NCBI GenBank assembly: GCA_963768655.1 | Contig: CAVYIM010000004.1 | Span: forward strand, 224,001 to 288,000 | Length of the DNA stretch: 64,000 bases | Direction of reading: 5' to 3' | From: an uncultured Chloroflexia bacterium | Lineage (GTDB): Bacteria > Chloroflexota > Limnocylindria > Limnocylindrales > CSP1-4 | Shown here: positions 37,611 to 46,893 of the stretch, one piece after another | Layout of the letters: every line of letters begins with the position of its first letter | Position numbering within the stretch: the stretch's first letter is position 1 | The notes under the pieces: generated by a model | The model's database searches: none | What the model was told of the DNA's origin: nothing | The model's input: the letters and a program-made list of their open reading frames with translations, nothing else | Program-made: the position numbers and the translations under genes

Positions 37611-37718
37611 GGGGCTGTCTCCTGATCTCGGGGTCAACCGCATGTCCGCAACTCTACCAGTGGCCTACGGACGCATTCTCGCCGCTGGCATCCGGACTCG
37701 CGCCCAGGCGCCCGCTCG

Positions 37719-37860
37719 GATGCCTTCGTCTTCGTGACGCCCGAACAGGCTCAGCTCATCGACGACTCCGGCGCAGTGCGGCCCAACGAGGTGATGACGT
37801 GCTCAACCGAAGCCATGCTCGACGGGATGGCCCGGATCACCGCCCTCATCCGGCCCAAGG
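37719..37860 (+). pseudogene. Internally deleted NADPH-dependent FMN reductase remnant
   Basis: DAFVFVTPE joined directly to the C-terminal-like AQLIDDSGAVRPNEVM..AMLD.MAR. Confidence 0.5.
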
Positions 37861-37957
37861 TGCCGGTGACCATCGAGCCCCCGGCCCTCGTCGGCGGACC
37901 GATGCGACGAGTACCTGCCGCGGACCTTCGGCCCGGACGGGCCCTGCCGGCCGGGCC

Positions 37958-39592
37958 TCAAGCCACTGACACCTGCACCTGGTCGAGCCCGGTTGCTCCC
38001 GCCGGCCCGGGGCCGCTCTGCGTTGCGGTCTGCACGGCGCCCGTCCCATCCGTCGCACGGACCTCGATGGTGTGCGCGCCCGGCGTCGCCTGCCAGCGCA
38101 CCATCCATTGCACCCACGTCGCCCTGGAGATGGCACGGCTGAGCTGGGCCGACTGCCACGGCCCGTCATCGATCCGGACGTCGACGCTCGCGACGCCGCG
38201 ATCCGGTGCCCAGGCGAGCCCGTCGATGTCGACCGGTCCCGCCGCCAGGTTGGCGCCGTCGGATGGGTGGTCTATGCGCGACTCGGTCAGGATCGGCCCG
38301 TCCTTGGCCCAGCCCAGGGCGACCCAGTAGGCGTCGAACGCCTCCCGCGTGGTCAGCTCGATCTCGGAGAGCCACTTGGTCGCCGACACGTAGCCGTAGA
38401 GGCCGGGCACGATGAGGCGGGCGGGATAGCCGTGCTCCGCCGGCAGCGGCACCCGGTTCATGCCCACCGCGATCATCGGCTCCCTCGACGGATCGAGCGC
38501 CCACGACGTGGGAAAGCCGACCGTGAATCCGTCGACCGAGCGGCCGACGATCTGCGTGGCGCCCGCCTGCGCTCCTGCCCTGGCCAGGACCTCCTTGAGG
38601 TGGACGCCGGTCCAGAGCGTGTTGCCGATCAGGTCCCCGCCGACGGTGTTGCTCACGCACGCGAGCGTCACGTACTGCTCGAAGAGCGGCAGCGCCACCA
38701 GCTCCGGATAGGTGAAGGTGAGGGGATGGTCGACCATGCCGGTCACCTTGAGCTGCCAGGTGGACGCGTCCACCTGCGGCACGAGCAGCTCGGTGTCGAT
38801 TCGGTAGAAGCTGTCGTTGGGGATGACGATCGGAGTGATCCCGGGGGCGGCCAGCGATTCGTCGGCGGTCAGGGGCGGCGCAGTGTCGGTCGGCGCCGGC
38901 AGGTTCGCCGACACGGGGACGCCGGCGGGGTGCTGGCGATCGAGGAGCCCGCGGCCGAAGGCCCCCAGGGCGAGGGCGCCGACGAGGAAGCCCCCGGATC
39001 GAATCAGGAAGCGGCGCCGGTTCCAGTCCTGGACGAGAAAGGAGGTGGAGTCCACGGCGGCCACAGAGCTTCCTGCCCGGGCCGGGCCCGGTCGACCCAC
39101 GCGCACTGGCGCCAGGAACCCGGCCTCCGCGAGAAGGATCCTGAGCGTGGCGATGCTCGCGGCCGTGGCGACCGCGGCGTTCACCGCGGCCAGGACCTGT
39201 GAATTAAGCGGCTGCAGCGCGGCGGCCGCGAAGGCGACGAATCCGAACCCAACCAGGACTTGCGCCGCGAGGCCGAAGCTGCGGCGACCCAGGCTTCCGG
39301 CAGCCGCCGCGATGAGCAGGGCCACCACGACGACCGCGACGGTCAGCGCCGTCTTGTCGTTGGTACCGAACAGCGTGGCCATGACATCCTTGGCGCCGGG
39401 TGGCTGCAGGGCGATGACGAGGCTCCCGACCGCGACGACGAGCGACGGTACTCCCGGAATGAGCCCCGCCAGCAGCTCGCTCGCCCCTATCCCCATGGCC
39501 CCGGCGATCACTCCTGCCAGCGCGGCGCGCGGAATCGACCGCCCAGTCGAGGATCCAGGTGTCGAACGGCGGCCGGCCGCTGTCCCGGTCAT
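37958..39592 (-). CDS. Membrane-bound molybdopterin oxidoreductase (sulfite oxidase family)
   Basis: N-terminal TM helices; FYRIDT, TLACVSN, EHGYPARLIVPGLYGYVSATKW; dimerisation domain. Confidence 0.92.
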   Translation of the reverse strand: MTGTAAGRRSTPGSSTGRSIPRAALAGVIAGAMGIGASELLAGLIPGVPSLVVAVGSLVIALQPPGAKDVMATLFGTNDKTALTVAVVVVALLIAAAAGSLGRRSFGLAAQVLVGFGFVAFAAAALQPLNSQVLAAVNAAVATAASIATLRILLAEAGFLAPVRVGRPGPARAGSSVAAVDSTSFLVQDWNRRRFLIRSGGFLVGALALGAFGRGLLDRQHPAGVPVSANLPAPTDTAPPLTADESLAAPGITPIVIPNDSFYRIDTELLVPQVDASTWQLKVTGMVDHPLTFTYPELVALPLFEQYVTLACVSNTVGGDLIGNTLWTGVHLKEVLARAGAQAGATQIVGRSVDGFTVGFPTSWALDPSREPMIAVGMNRVPLPAEHGYPARLIVPGLYGYVSATKWLSEIELTTREAFDAYWVALGWAKDGPILTESRIDHPSDGANLAAGPVDIDGLAWAPDRGVASVDVRIDDGPWQSAQLSRAISRATWVQWMVRWQATPGAHTIEVRATDGTGAVQTATQSGPGPAGATGLDQVQVSVA

Positions 39593-39924
39593 GAGCTGAT
39601 CTCCCGATAGGCGGGGGCCTCGATGGTTGGGGCGGGGGCGGCAGTCGGTTTCACGGCGAGTAGATCTCGGCTGAGGAGCGCGGCGGCTCTCACAGCCTGC
39701 ATCGTAGGCCCCCGGAACTCTGACGTGCGAATTCCCGACGGCGGTTTCAGCGGGCGTGCCGGGGGTGCGGGCGTGCCGGGGCCCGAGGTCGGGCGTCCCG
39801 GCGCGTGTCAGACCTGCGACCCGGAGGCGGCCGCAGACACGCGCCCGAGCGGCTCGGGCATCATTGACCACGACGTGGCACTCTGGCGGCGAAGGCCGAG
39901 GCGGCTGAAGGAGAAACGCGGTCG

Positions 39925-41289
39925 ATGGCGAACGAACCCAGTCCGATGCAGAGCGTCGAAGAGGCACAGGAGCAGCTGCTGGCGGCGGTGGGCGCCCCAC
40001 TGCCCGCCGAGGATGTGCCGCTCGACGAAGCGCTCGACCGAGTGCTCGCGGAGCCGATCCAGGGCGCCCTGGACGTGCCGCCCTGGGACAACAGCTCCAT
40101 GGACGGGTTCGCGGTCCGCGCCGCCGACGTCGCCGGCGCCTCGCCGGAATCGCCGGTTCGGCTGCGCGTCGTGGGCGAGGTGCAGGCAGGCGGCTCGCCC
40201 GACATCGAACTGTCGTCCGGCTGCGCGATCCGGATCGCGACCGGGGCGCGGGTCCCCTCAGCGGCAGACGCGGTCGTGCCCGTCGAGTCGACGATCGTCC
40301 TGGAGATGGGGAGTGGCCCCGCGGGCGGCGACGCTGCGGGTTCCGGCTCGCCGCGTGCGATGGGGTTCCGGGCGGGCGAGCCGCTGCCCGAGGCCTGCCT
40401 GGTGACCGCCGGCGTCGACCCGGGCGCCTTCATCCGTCGTCGCGGCGAAGACGTGCGCGCGGGAACGGTCGTGCTCGAACCCGGTCGGCGCCTCAGGCCG
40501 GCGCAGATCGCGCTGAGCGCGGCAGTCGGCCTGGGTTCTGTGAGGGTCCATCGCCGGCCGGTGGTGGGCGTGCTGTCCACCGGGGACGAGCTGCGTCGTG
40601 CCGGGCAGCCGCTCGGCGAGCTGGGCATCCCCGACGCCAACCGGCCCGGCCTGCTCGCGCTGTGCCGCGGTACGGGCGCGCTGGCGGTCGATCTCGGGAT
40701 CGCCGGCGACACGGTCGAATTGGTCCTCGGCGCCCTGCGACCCGCGGTCGGGCGGGCGGACGTGCTGATCGTGAGCGGCGGCGTGTCGGTCGGGCCGTAC
40801 GACGTAGTTCGGGCGGCGTTCGAGGAGATCGGCCGGGTGGAGCTGTGGCGGGTCGCCGTCCAGCCCGGCAAACCGTTCGCGTTCGGCCGGTCGATGCCCC
40901 GCGAGTCGGACGGACGGAGGGTGCTTCTGCTCGGCCTGCCCGGCAACCCGGTGTCGACCTTCGTCACCTTCCAGCTGTTCGTCTGGCCGGTCCTGGAGCG
41001 GCTTTCCGGCATCCCGTCCCCGACCGTGGACGCAGACCGGGCGGTCACGGAGGACAGGCTGCGCAAGGACGTTGGGAGGCGCGGCTTCCTCCGGGTCGTG
41101 GTGATCCGCGACGAGCGGGGCGACCCGGTTCGCGACGGTCGGGGCAGGTTGCGGGTCCGCCAGGCCGGCCACCAGGGCAGCCATGTGCTGAGTGCTTTGG
41201 CCGCCGCCGACGCGCTCGCCGTCGTGCCGGAAGCGGCAGGCGAGCTGGAACCCGGAGCGGAGGTGGAGATCCGATGGCTGCGAAGGTGA
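39925..41289 (+). CDS. moeA: Molybdopterin molybdotransferase
   Basis: NSSMDGFAV, IATGA, STGDEL, SGGVSVGPYD, QPGKP and LPGNPVS. Confidence 0.95.
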   Translation: MANEPSPMQSVEEAQEQLLAAVGAPLPAEDVPLDEALDRVLAEPIQGALDVPPWDNSSMDGFAVRAADVAGASPESPVRLRVVGEVQAGGSPDIELSSGCAIRIATGARVPSAADAVVPVESTIVLEMGSGPAGGDAAGSGSPRAMGFRAGEPLPEACLVTAGVDPGAFIRRRGEDVRAGTVVLEPGRRLRPAQIALSAAVGLGSVRVHRRPVVGVLSTGDELRRAGQPLGELGIPDANRPGLLALCRGTGALAVDLGIAGDTVELVLGALRPAVGRADVLIVSGGVSVGPYDVVRAAFEEIGRVELWRVAVQPGKPFAFGRSMPRESDGRRVLLLGLPGNPVSTFVTFQLFVWPVLERLSGIPSPTVDADRAVTEDRLRKDVGRRGFLRVVVIRDERGDPVRDGRGRLRVRQAGHQGSHVLSALAAADALAVVPEAAGELEPGAEVEIRWLRR

Positions 41290-41903
41290 AGGCCGGCGAC
41301 CGCGGCGCGGGCTCGGGTCCCGGCGAGAAGTCGGAGATGGCTGGCGACCGGGGTGGGGGAGATCGCCGCGCGCTGGTCGTGACGGTGAGCGACGGGGTCT
41401 CGGCAGGCCTGCGCGAGGACGTCAGCGGCAATGCGGTGGCCGGGCGGCTCGACGAGCTCGGCTTCGCGGTCGAGCGGGCGGTCGTGCCCGATGAGCAAGC
41501 CCAGATCGGGCGACTCCTGGCCGCGGCGGCCGAAGGCCACGAGCTCATCCTCACCACAGGCGGCACCGGTCTGACGCCGCGCGACGTGACGCCCCAGGCT
41601 ACCCTCACCGTCCTCGACTACGAGGTGCCGGGCCTGCCCGAGCGGATGCGATCGGAGGGCGCGCGATCTACCCCGATGGCGTACCTGAGCCGGGCCGTGG
41701 CCGGAGTGCTGCGGCGGTGCCTCATCGTCAACCTGCCGGGCAGCCCGGGCGGCGCGCTGGACTCCCTGGCGGCGCTCGAGCCGATCCTGGACCACGCCCT
41801 GGTGACGCTCGCCGGGCCGTTCGACCACGACGAGGGTCGCGGCGGCGGCCGGGCGCTCCGTGCCGATCCGGCGAGGCGGCCGCCTCGCGTCCCGCGTTCC
41901 TGA
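41286..41903 (+). CDS. MogA/MoaB family molybdopterin adenylyltransferase
   Basis: TVSD, TTGGTGLTPRDVTP and NLPGSP; start is GTG 41286 or ATG 41337. Confidence 0.92.
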   Translation: MKAGDRGAGSGPGEKSEMAGDRGGGDRRALVVTVSDGVSAGLREDVSGNAVAGRLDELGFAVERAVVPDEQAQIGRLLAAAAEGHELILTTGGTGLTPRDVTPQATLTVLDYEVPGLPERMRSEGARSTPMAYLSRAVAGVLRRCLIVNLPGSPGGALDSLAALEPILDHALVTLAGPFDHDEGRGGGRALRADPARRPPRVPRS

Positions 41904-41957
41904 GGCACCCCGGCCACACCTAGGTATGTTGGCCCGAGTCGGCTAGACTTCCTAGGT

Positions 41958-42392
41958 ATGGAAGATCACACCAGTCGGAGGGCAAGCCTCCGCGTCGGCC
42001 AGGCGGCCGAGATGCTCGGCGTGTCCATCGAGACGCTTCGCCGCTGGGACAGCGAGGGCCGCCTCCGGATGGAGCGCTCGGCCGGCGGCCAGCGCCGCGT
42101 CGCAATAGCCGAGGTATCCCGACTCCTCGACGAGCGGCGGCGATCGACCGCGGACCGCCCGATCGTGGCCCAGTCGGCGCGCAACCGCTTCCCGGGCGTC
42201 GTCACACGGGTCGAGCTGGACGCGGTGGCGGCCGTGGTCGAGGTCATGGCCGGGCCGCACCGGTTGGTGAGCCTGGTGACCGCCGAGGCCGTCAGGGAGC
42301 TCGGTCTCAAGGTCGGCGACGAGGTGGTGTGCATCGTGAAGGCCACGAACGTCATGGTCGAGATCCCATCAACCAGAGAGGCACGCGCATGA
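41958..42392 (+). CDS. MerR/excisionase-HTH plus TOBE molybdate-responsive regulator
   Basis: QAAEMLGVSIETLRRW then SARNRFPG..VKATNV. Confidence 0.88.
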   Translation: MEDHTSRRASLRVGQAAEMLGVSIETLRRWDSEGRLRMERSAGGQRRVAIAEVSRLLDERRRSTADRPIVAQSARNRFPGVVTRVELDAVAAVVEVMAGPHRLVSLVTAEAVRELGLKVGDEVVCIVKATNVMVEIPSTREARA

Positions 42393-43246
42393 GAACCCGT
42401 TTCGCCGCATCGATCACCGCCCTCGCCCTCGTGGTAGCGGCATGTTCGAGTGGCGCTACACCGTCACCCAGCGCTCAGCCGACCGCCGCTCCCGCGACCC
42501 CAGCGCCGGCCACGAGCGTTCCCGCGACTGCGGCGCCCGCCAGTCTCACGATCTACGGCGCGTCGTCGCTCGGCGCGGTCCTGGCCCAGGTGAAGACCAC
42601 CTACGAGGCGGCCAACCCGGGCACGACGCTCACGATCTCGACCGACTCGTCGTCCGCGCTCGAGACGCAGATCGAGCAGGGCGCCCCGGCGGACGTGTTC
42701 CTGTCGGCAGACACCACGAACCCGCAGAAACTGGTCGATGCGGGCCTTGCCGCCGGCGGCATCACGAAGTTCGCCGGCAACCTCCTGACCGTCATCGTCC
42801 CGACAGGGAACCCGGCGGGCATCCAGACTCCGGCCGACCTGGCCAAGCTCGGGGTCAAGGTGATCGCCGCCGGTGACACCGTGCCGATCACGAAGTACGC
42901 GAACCAGCTCGTGGCGAACCTGGCCACGCAGCCCGGCTACCCGGCCGACTTCGTTGCGAAGTACAACGCCAACATCGTTTCCAAGCAGGCCAACGTAGCC
43001 GCGGTCGTGTCCCAGATCGCGCTCGGCGAAGGCGACGCCGCGATCGTGTATGTAACCGACGCGAAGACCTCCACGAACGTCGTGCCGATCGCGGTGCCGG
43101 CGGCGGCGAACGTGCTTGCCACCTACTCCGGCGTGGTGATCAAGGCATCCGCGAACGTGAGCGCGGCCCAGGCGTTCCTGGCCTGGCTCGCGGGGCCGAG
43201 CGGGCAGGCCATACTCGCCTCGTTCGGGTTCCTGCCGCCGTCCTGA
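42389..43246 (+). CDS. modA: Molybdate ABC transporter substrate-binding lipoprotein
   Basis: Lipobox VAAC; ASSL, SSALETQIEQGAPADVFLSAD and GEGDAAIVYVTD. Confidence 0.93.
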   Translation: MRTRFAASITALALVVAACSSGATPSPSAQPTAAPATPAPATSVPATAAPASLTIYGASSLGAVLAQVKTTYEAANPGTTLTISTDSSSALETQIEQGAPADVFLSADTTNPQKLVDAGLAAGGITKFAGNLLTVIVPTGNPAGIQTPADLAKLGVKVIAAGDTVPITKYANQLVANLATQPGYPADFVAKYNANIVSKQANVAAVVSQIALGEGDAAIVYVTDAKTSTNVVPIAVPAAANVLATYSGVVIKASANVSAAQAFLAWLAGPSGQAILASFGFLPPS

Positions 43247-43257
43247 TCGAACCAACC

Positions 43258-44127
43258 ATGGCTCGACCGAGTGGCGGAGTGCCGGTGCATGCGAGCCGGG
43301 CGGCCCGCGTCCAGTCGCGGCGACGTGGCTGGGGCTCTCGGTCGCTCGCCGCCTTCGCCGGCCTGGCGGCGCTGTTCCTGGGCCTGCCGGTCGCCGTGCT
43401 CGTCTGGAGGGCGATCCTCGATGGGTCGCTGGCTCGCGCCCTGACGACGCAGGTCGTCGTCGAGGCGCTGGCCCTGAGCCTCACGACGACGGCGATCAGC
43501 CTGGTCATTACGGTCGCCTTCGGCTTGCCCCTCGCCTACGTCCTGGCCCGGCGACGGTTCCGGCTCTCCGGATTGGTCGAGGCGATCGTCGATCTGCCGC
43601 TGGTCCTGCCACCTTCCGTGGCCGGTCTCGCTCTGCTGCTCGCGCTGGGCCGGCGCGGCTTCCTGGGCGGGCCGCTCGAGGCCGTCGGGATCGAGATCCC
43701 CTTCACGACCTTCGCCGTCATCTTGGCCCAGACGTTCGTCTCGGCGCCGTTCTTCATCCGATCGGCGCGAACCGGGATCGCGAGCGTGGACCGCGACCTG
43801 GAGGACGCCGCGCGGGTCGACGGCGCCTCGGAGATGACGGTCTTCCGGCACATCACCGTCCCCCTGGCCGGCAGCGCTCTCGCCGCCGGCCTCGTCATGA
43901 GCTGGGCGCGCTCACTCGGCGAGTTCGGGGCCACCATCATGTTCGCCGGAAACCTCGAGGGCCGGACGCAGACGCTCCCGCTCGTCGTATACGGCCAGTT
44001 CGAGGGCGGCGACCTGGATGGGTCCATCGCCGCGGCTGCGATCCTGATCCTGGCCGCCTTCGGTGTCCTCGTCGCGGTCCGGTTGCTTCATTGGAGACGC
44101 GCGCTGGACATCCGGAGCCTCGGCTGA
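43258..44127 (+). CDS. modB: Molybdate ABC transporter permease
   Basis: DLPLVLPPSVAG, EDAARVDGA and WARSLGEFGAT. Confidence 0.93.
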   Translation: MARPSGGVPVHASRAARVQSRRRGWGSRSLAAFAGLAALFLGLPVAVLVWRAILDGSLARALTTQVVVEALALSLTTTAISLVITVAFGLPLAYVLARRRFRLSGLVEAIVDLPLVLPPSVAGLALLLALGRRGFLGGPLEAVGIEIPFTTFAVILAQTFVSAPFFIRSARTGIASVDRDLEDAARVDGASEMTVFRHITVPLAGSALAAGLVMSWARSLGEFGATIMFAGNLEGRTQTLPLVVYGQFEGGDLDGSIAAAAILILAAFGVLVAVRLLHWRRALDIRSLG

Positions 44128-44242
44128 CGGCACGTCGGGCCACGCCCCGTGTAGCTCGGGCACCGGCCCTACACTGGGCATCGAGGTTCCACCGCGAGTC
44201 GGGCCAGAACGTCCGGCGGCGGTTTCTCTGGAGGCACGGCCC

Positions 44243-44455
44243 ATGAAGCTGAGCGCTCGGAACCAGTTCCCGGGCACCGTCAGGACGGTGACCCCGGGGC
44301 AGGTCATGGCCGAGGTCGTCGTCGACGTGGCCGGCGGCCACGAGATCGTGGCGGCGATCACGGCCGAGTCCGCCCGCCGGCTAGGCCTGGCGCCCGGGAA
44401 GCGCGTCGTCGCCGTCGTCAAGTCGACCGAGGTGATGATCGGGGTCGACGACTGA
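44243..44455 (+). CDS. Molbindin/TOBE (Mop) protein
   Basis: MKLSARNQFPG..ITAES..VKSTEVMI. Confidence 0.9.
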   Translation: MKLSARNQFPGTVRTVTPGQVMAEVVVDVAGGHEIVAAITAESARRLGLAPGKRVVAVVKSTEVMIGVDD

Positions 44456-44468
44456 CTCGGTCGGACCT

Positions 44469-45086
44469 CTAGCGTACTGACCGAGCCCGATCCTTCGACT
44501 CGCTGCGCCGCAGCCGCGCCCTCGCGCCTGCGGGCATGCCCGTGCCTCCGCGCGCCGCGACCTCGACTTCGGCCGCCTTCTCCGCCTCGAGCTCCTCGAG
44601 CGCAGAGGCCGGTGTCCGGTCGCACGTTCCGTCGCCGAGCGAGAGCACCTCGATGGGGTCGCCGATCCGAACCTCGCCGGCTGCCCGGACGACCGCGAAG
44701 AGGCCCTCTCGGGGCATGACACAGTCGCCGGCCTGGTAGTAGATCGCGCACTTCGTATGGCAGACCTTGCCGATCTGGCTGATCTCGAGGACGGCGGACC
44801 GTCCGATCCTGATCACGCTCCCGATCGGCATGGCCAGCAGGTCGATCCCGGAGGTCGTGATGTTCTCAGCGAAGTCCCCCGGGCCGACATGGAGGCCCTC
44901 CGCCACCATCTTGTCGATCAATTCCTGCCCCAGGAGCGACACCTGGCGGTGCCAGTCTCCGGCGTGGGCATCGCCCTCGAACCCGCGATCGAAGACGAGC
45001 GTGCCTCTGTTCCCCCGAGTCTTGCGGACGGTTCTACGCGCGCTCTGATTGACCGAAACCACGGCTCCCGGACTGGGCAGGGGCAT
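44469..45086 (-). CDS. MOSC domain protein
   Basis: GDAHAGDWHRQVSLL, GDFAENITT and GKVCH..C..GDCVMPREG. Confidence 0.9.
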   Translation of the reverse strand: MPLPSPGAVVSVNQSARRTVRKTRGNRGTLVFDRGFEGDAHAGDWHRQVSLLGQELIDKMVAEGLHVGPGDFAENITTSGIDLLAMPIGSVIRIGRSAVLEISQIGKVCHTKCAIYYQAGDCVMPREGLFAVVRAAGEVRIGDPIEVLSLGDGTCDRTPASALEELEAEKAAEVEVAARGGTGMPAGARARLRRSESKDRARSVR

Positions 45087-45089
45087 CGC

Positions 45090-45575
45090 CTATGACTCCT
45101 CTCCGCGCAGCCATCGCCCGGACTTTCCGCCCTCTTTGAGCAGAAGCCCGAGGCCGTCGACGGTCATGCCCCGGTCGACCGCCTTGCACATGTCGTACAG
45201 CGTGAGCGCGGCCACTCCGGCGGCGGTCAGCGCCTCCATCTCGACGCCCGTGGCGCCGTTCGTCTCAACCGTGGCCCGGATTCGTACACCGTCGCCGACG
45301 GGCTCGAACTCGACGCTGGCGTGCGTCAGCGCCAGTGGATGGCAGAGCGGGATGAGCTCGCTCGTCCGCTTCGCCGCCATGATGCCGGCCACCCGGGCGA
45401 CGGCGAACACGTCGCCCTTGGGCACCCGGTCCTCGACGATCATCGCCAGCGTCTCGCCGTGCATGTGGACGACCGCGCCCGCGACCGCCCGGCGGTGGGA
45501 GATCTCCTTCCCGGCCACGTCCACCATGCGCGCGGCGCCGTGCTCGTCGACGTGAGTGAGGTGCTCCTCGCCCAT
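45090..45575 (-). CDS. moaC: Cyclic pyranopterin monophosphate synthase
   Basis: [34 protein letters not shown] and KEGGKSG. Confidence 0.95.
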   Translation of the reverse strand: MGEEHLTHVDEHGAARMVDVAGKEISHRRAVAGAVVHMHGETLAMIVEDRVPKGDVFAVARVAGIMAAKRTSELIPLCHPLALTHASVEFEPVGDGVRIRATVETNGATGVEMEALTAAGVAALTLYDMCKAVDRGMTVDGLGLLLKEGGKSGRWLRGEES

Positions 45576-45579
45576 CGGC

Positions 45580-46602
45580 TCAACCTCCGATCTGCGACAT
45601 CCGGCGGACCGTGCCGGTGCGCAGGTTGTGCGACTCGGGCTTCGCGGCCAGCGCCGCCTGTATGAGCGAGCGCAGGCCGGCCTCGTTGCCGTGACGGAGC
45701 ACCCAGCGCGCGTCGAAGTCGTCGTCCGAGAAGAGACAGGTACGTAGCTTGCCATCGGCGGTCAGCCGGAGCCGATTGCACTGGCTGCAGAAGGGGTTCG
45801 ACAGGGCCGAGATGACCCCGATGGTGCCTCGCGCGCCCGCGAACCGGTAGTAGCGTGCCGGGCCCCAGCCGCCGGGCGCATCGTCCCGCTCGACCGGCTC
45901 CAGCTCGCCGAGACCAGCGCCCGCACCCTCAGCGGCGAGGCCGGCCAGAATCTCGTTGCTCGGGACGTGCTCCGCTTCCGTCCAGTCGGCGAGGCCGTTG
46001 CCGCGCCCACCGCAATCGTCCCCGCCGCCGATGGGCATGTACTCGATGAAACGTACGTGCACGGGGCGATCCATCGTCAGCCTGGCGAAGGACACCAGGT
46101 CCTGCCGAAGGGAGCGCATGACGACTACGTTGATCTTGACTGGGTGCATGCCTGCGGCAAAGGCCGCGTCGATACCGGCCAGTGCGTCCTCGAGCCTGCC
46201 GCCTCTGGTCGCGTTCGCGTAGACGTCCGGGTCGAGTGAGTCGAGCGAGATGTTCACCCGTTCGATGCCGGCCGCGGCCAGATCGCGGGCCAGGCGGGGC
46301 AGAAGCGTGCCATTGGTCGTGATGGCGACCGACTCGATGCCGTTCAGCGCGCGCAGCCGGCGCGCCAGATCCGCGATCCCCTTGCGGAGCAGCGGTTCGC
46401 CTCCAGTCAGGCGGATCTTCGAGAAGCCTTCGGCCGCGACCGCGGCGGCGAACCGCACGATCTCATCGAAAGTGAGGAGCTCCGACCGGTCGCGCCAGGC
46501 CACACCTCCGCTCGGCATGCAGTAGACACAACGCAGGTTGCAGCGATCCGTGACCGAAATCCGGAGGTAGTCGATCCGGCGGCCGAAGGAGTCGACAGCC
46601 AT
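45580..46602 (-). CDS. moaA: GTP 3',8-cyclase (radical SAM)
   Basis: [38 protein letters not shown] and MSQIGG terminus. Confidence 0.96.
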   Translation of the reverse strand: MAVDSFGRRIDYLRISVTDRCNLRCVYCMPSGGVAWRDRSELLTFDEIVRFAAAVAAEGFSKIRLTGGEPLLRKGIADLARRLRALNGIESVAITTNGTLLPRLARDLAAAGIERVNISLDSLDPDVYANATRGGRLEDALAGIDAAFAAGMHPVKINVVVMRSLRQDLVSFARLTMDRPVHVRFIEYMPIGGGDDCGGRGNGLADWTEAEHVPSNEILAGLAAEGAGAGLGELEPVERDDAPGGWGPARYYRFAGARGTIGVISALSNPFCSQCNRLRLTADGKLRTCLFSDDDFDARWVLRHGNEAGLRSLIQAALAAKPESHNLRTGTVRRMSQIGG

Positions 46603-46893
46603 CGCGTTGCGCAACCCTTCGCTTGGCACGACCGCCGGACGGGGTCGCAGCTCGGCAGGTTTCAGCGCGAGCGCGGCCGCCCTCAGAACCTGTCGCTGCA
46701 TGAGGCTCCCCGAATTGGGTCCGGTCATCTACCAGTCATCCGAGCGTCACTCTCGCGAGAGGATAACGGACCCGTTTGCCCGCTTGAGGGGCCGTTGGGC
46801 TCCATCGCGCGGGCAGGTTGACCGGTCGACGCCCACCCGCAAAGGCGGTCGAAACGGTCGTGCGGGTGGCGCCGAGCCGGCGTGCACCGCAGC

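Noticed and set aside
46641-46711. TPP riboswitch (GGGGAGCC..CTGAG..ACCTG resemblance)
   Set aside because: It lacks the CTGAGA, ACCTGAT and TAATGC..GCG.AGG core, and the downstream gene is not thiamine-related; kept only as an unknown motif.
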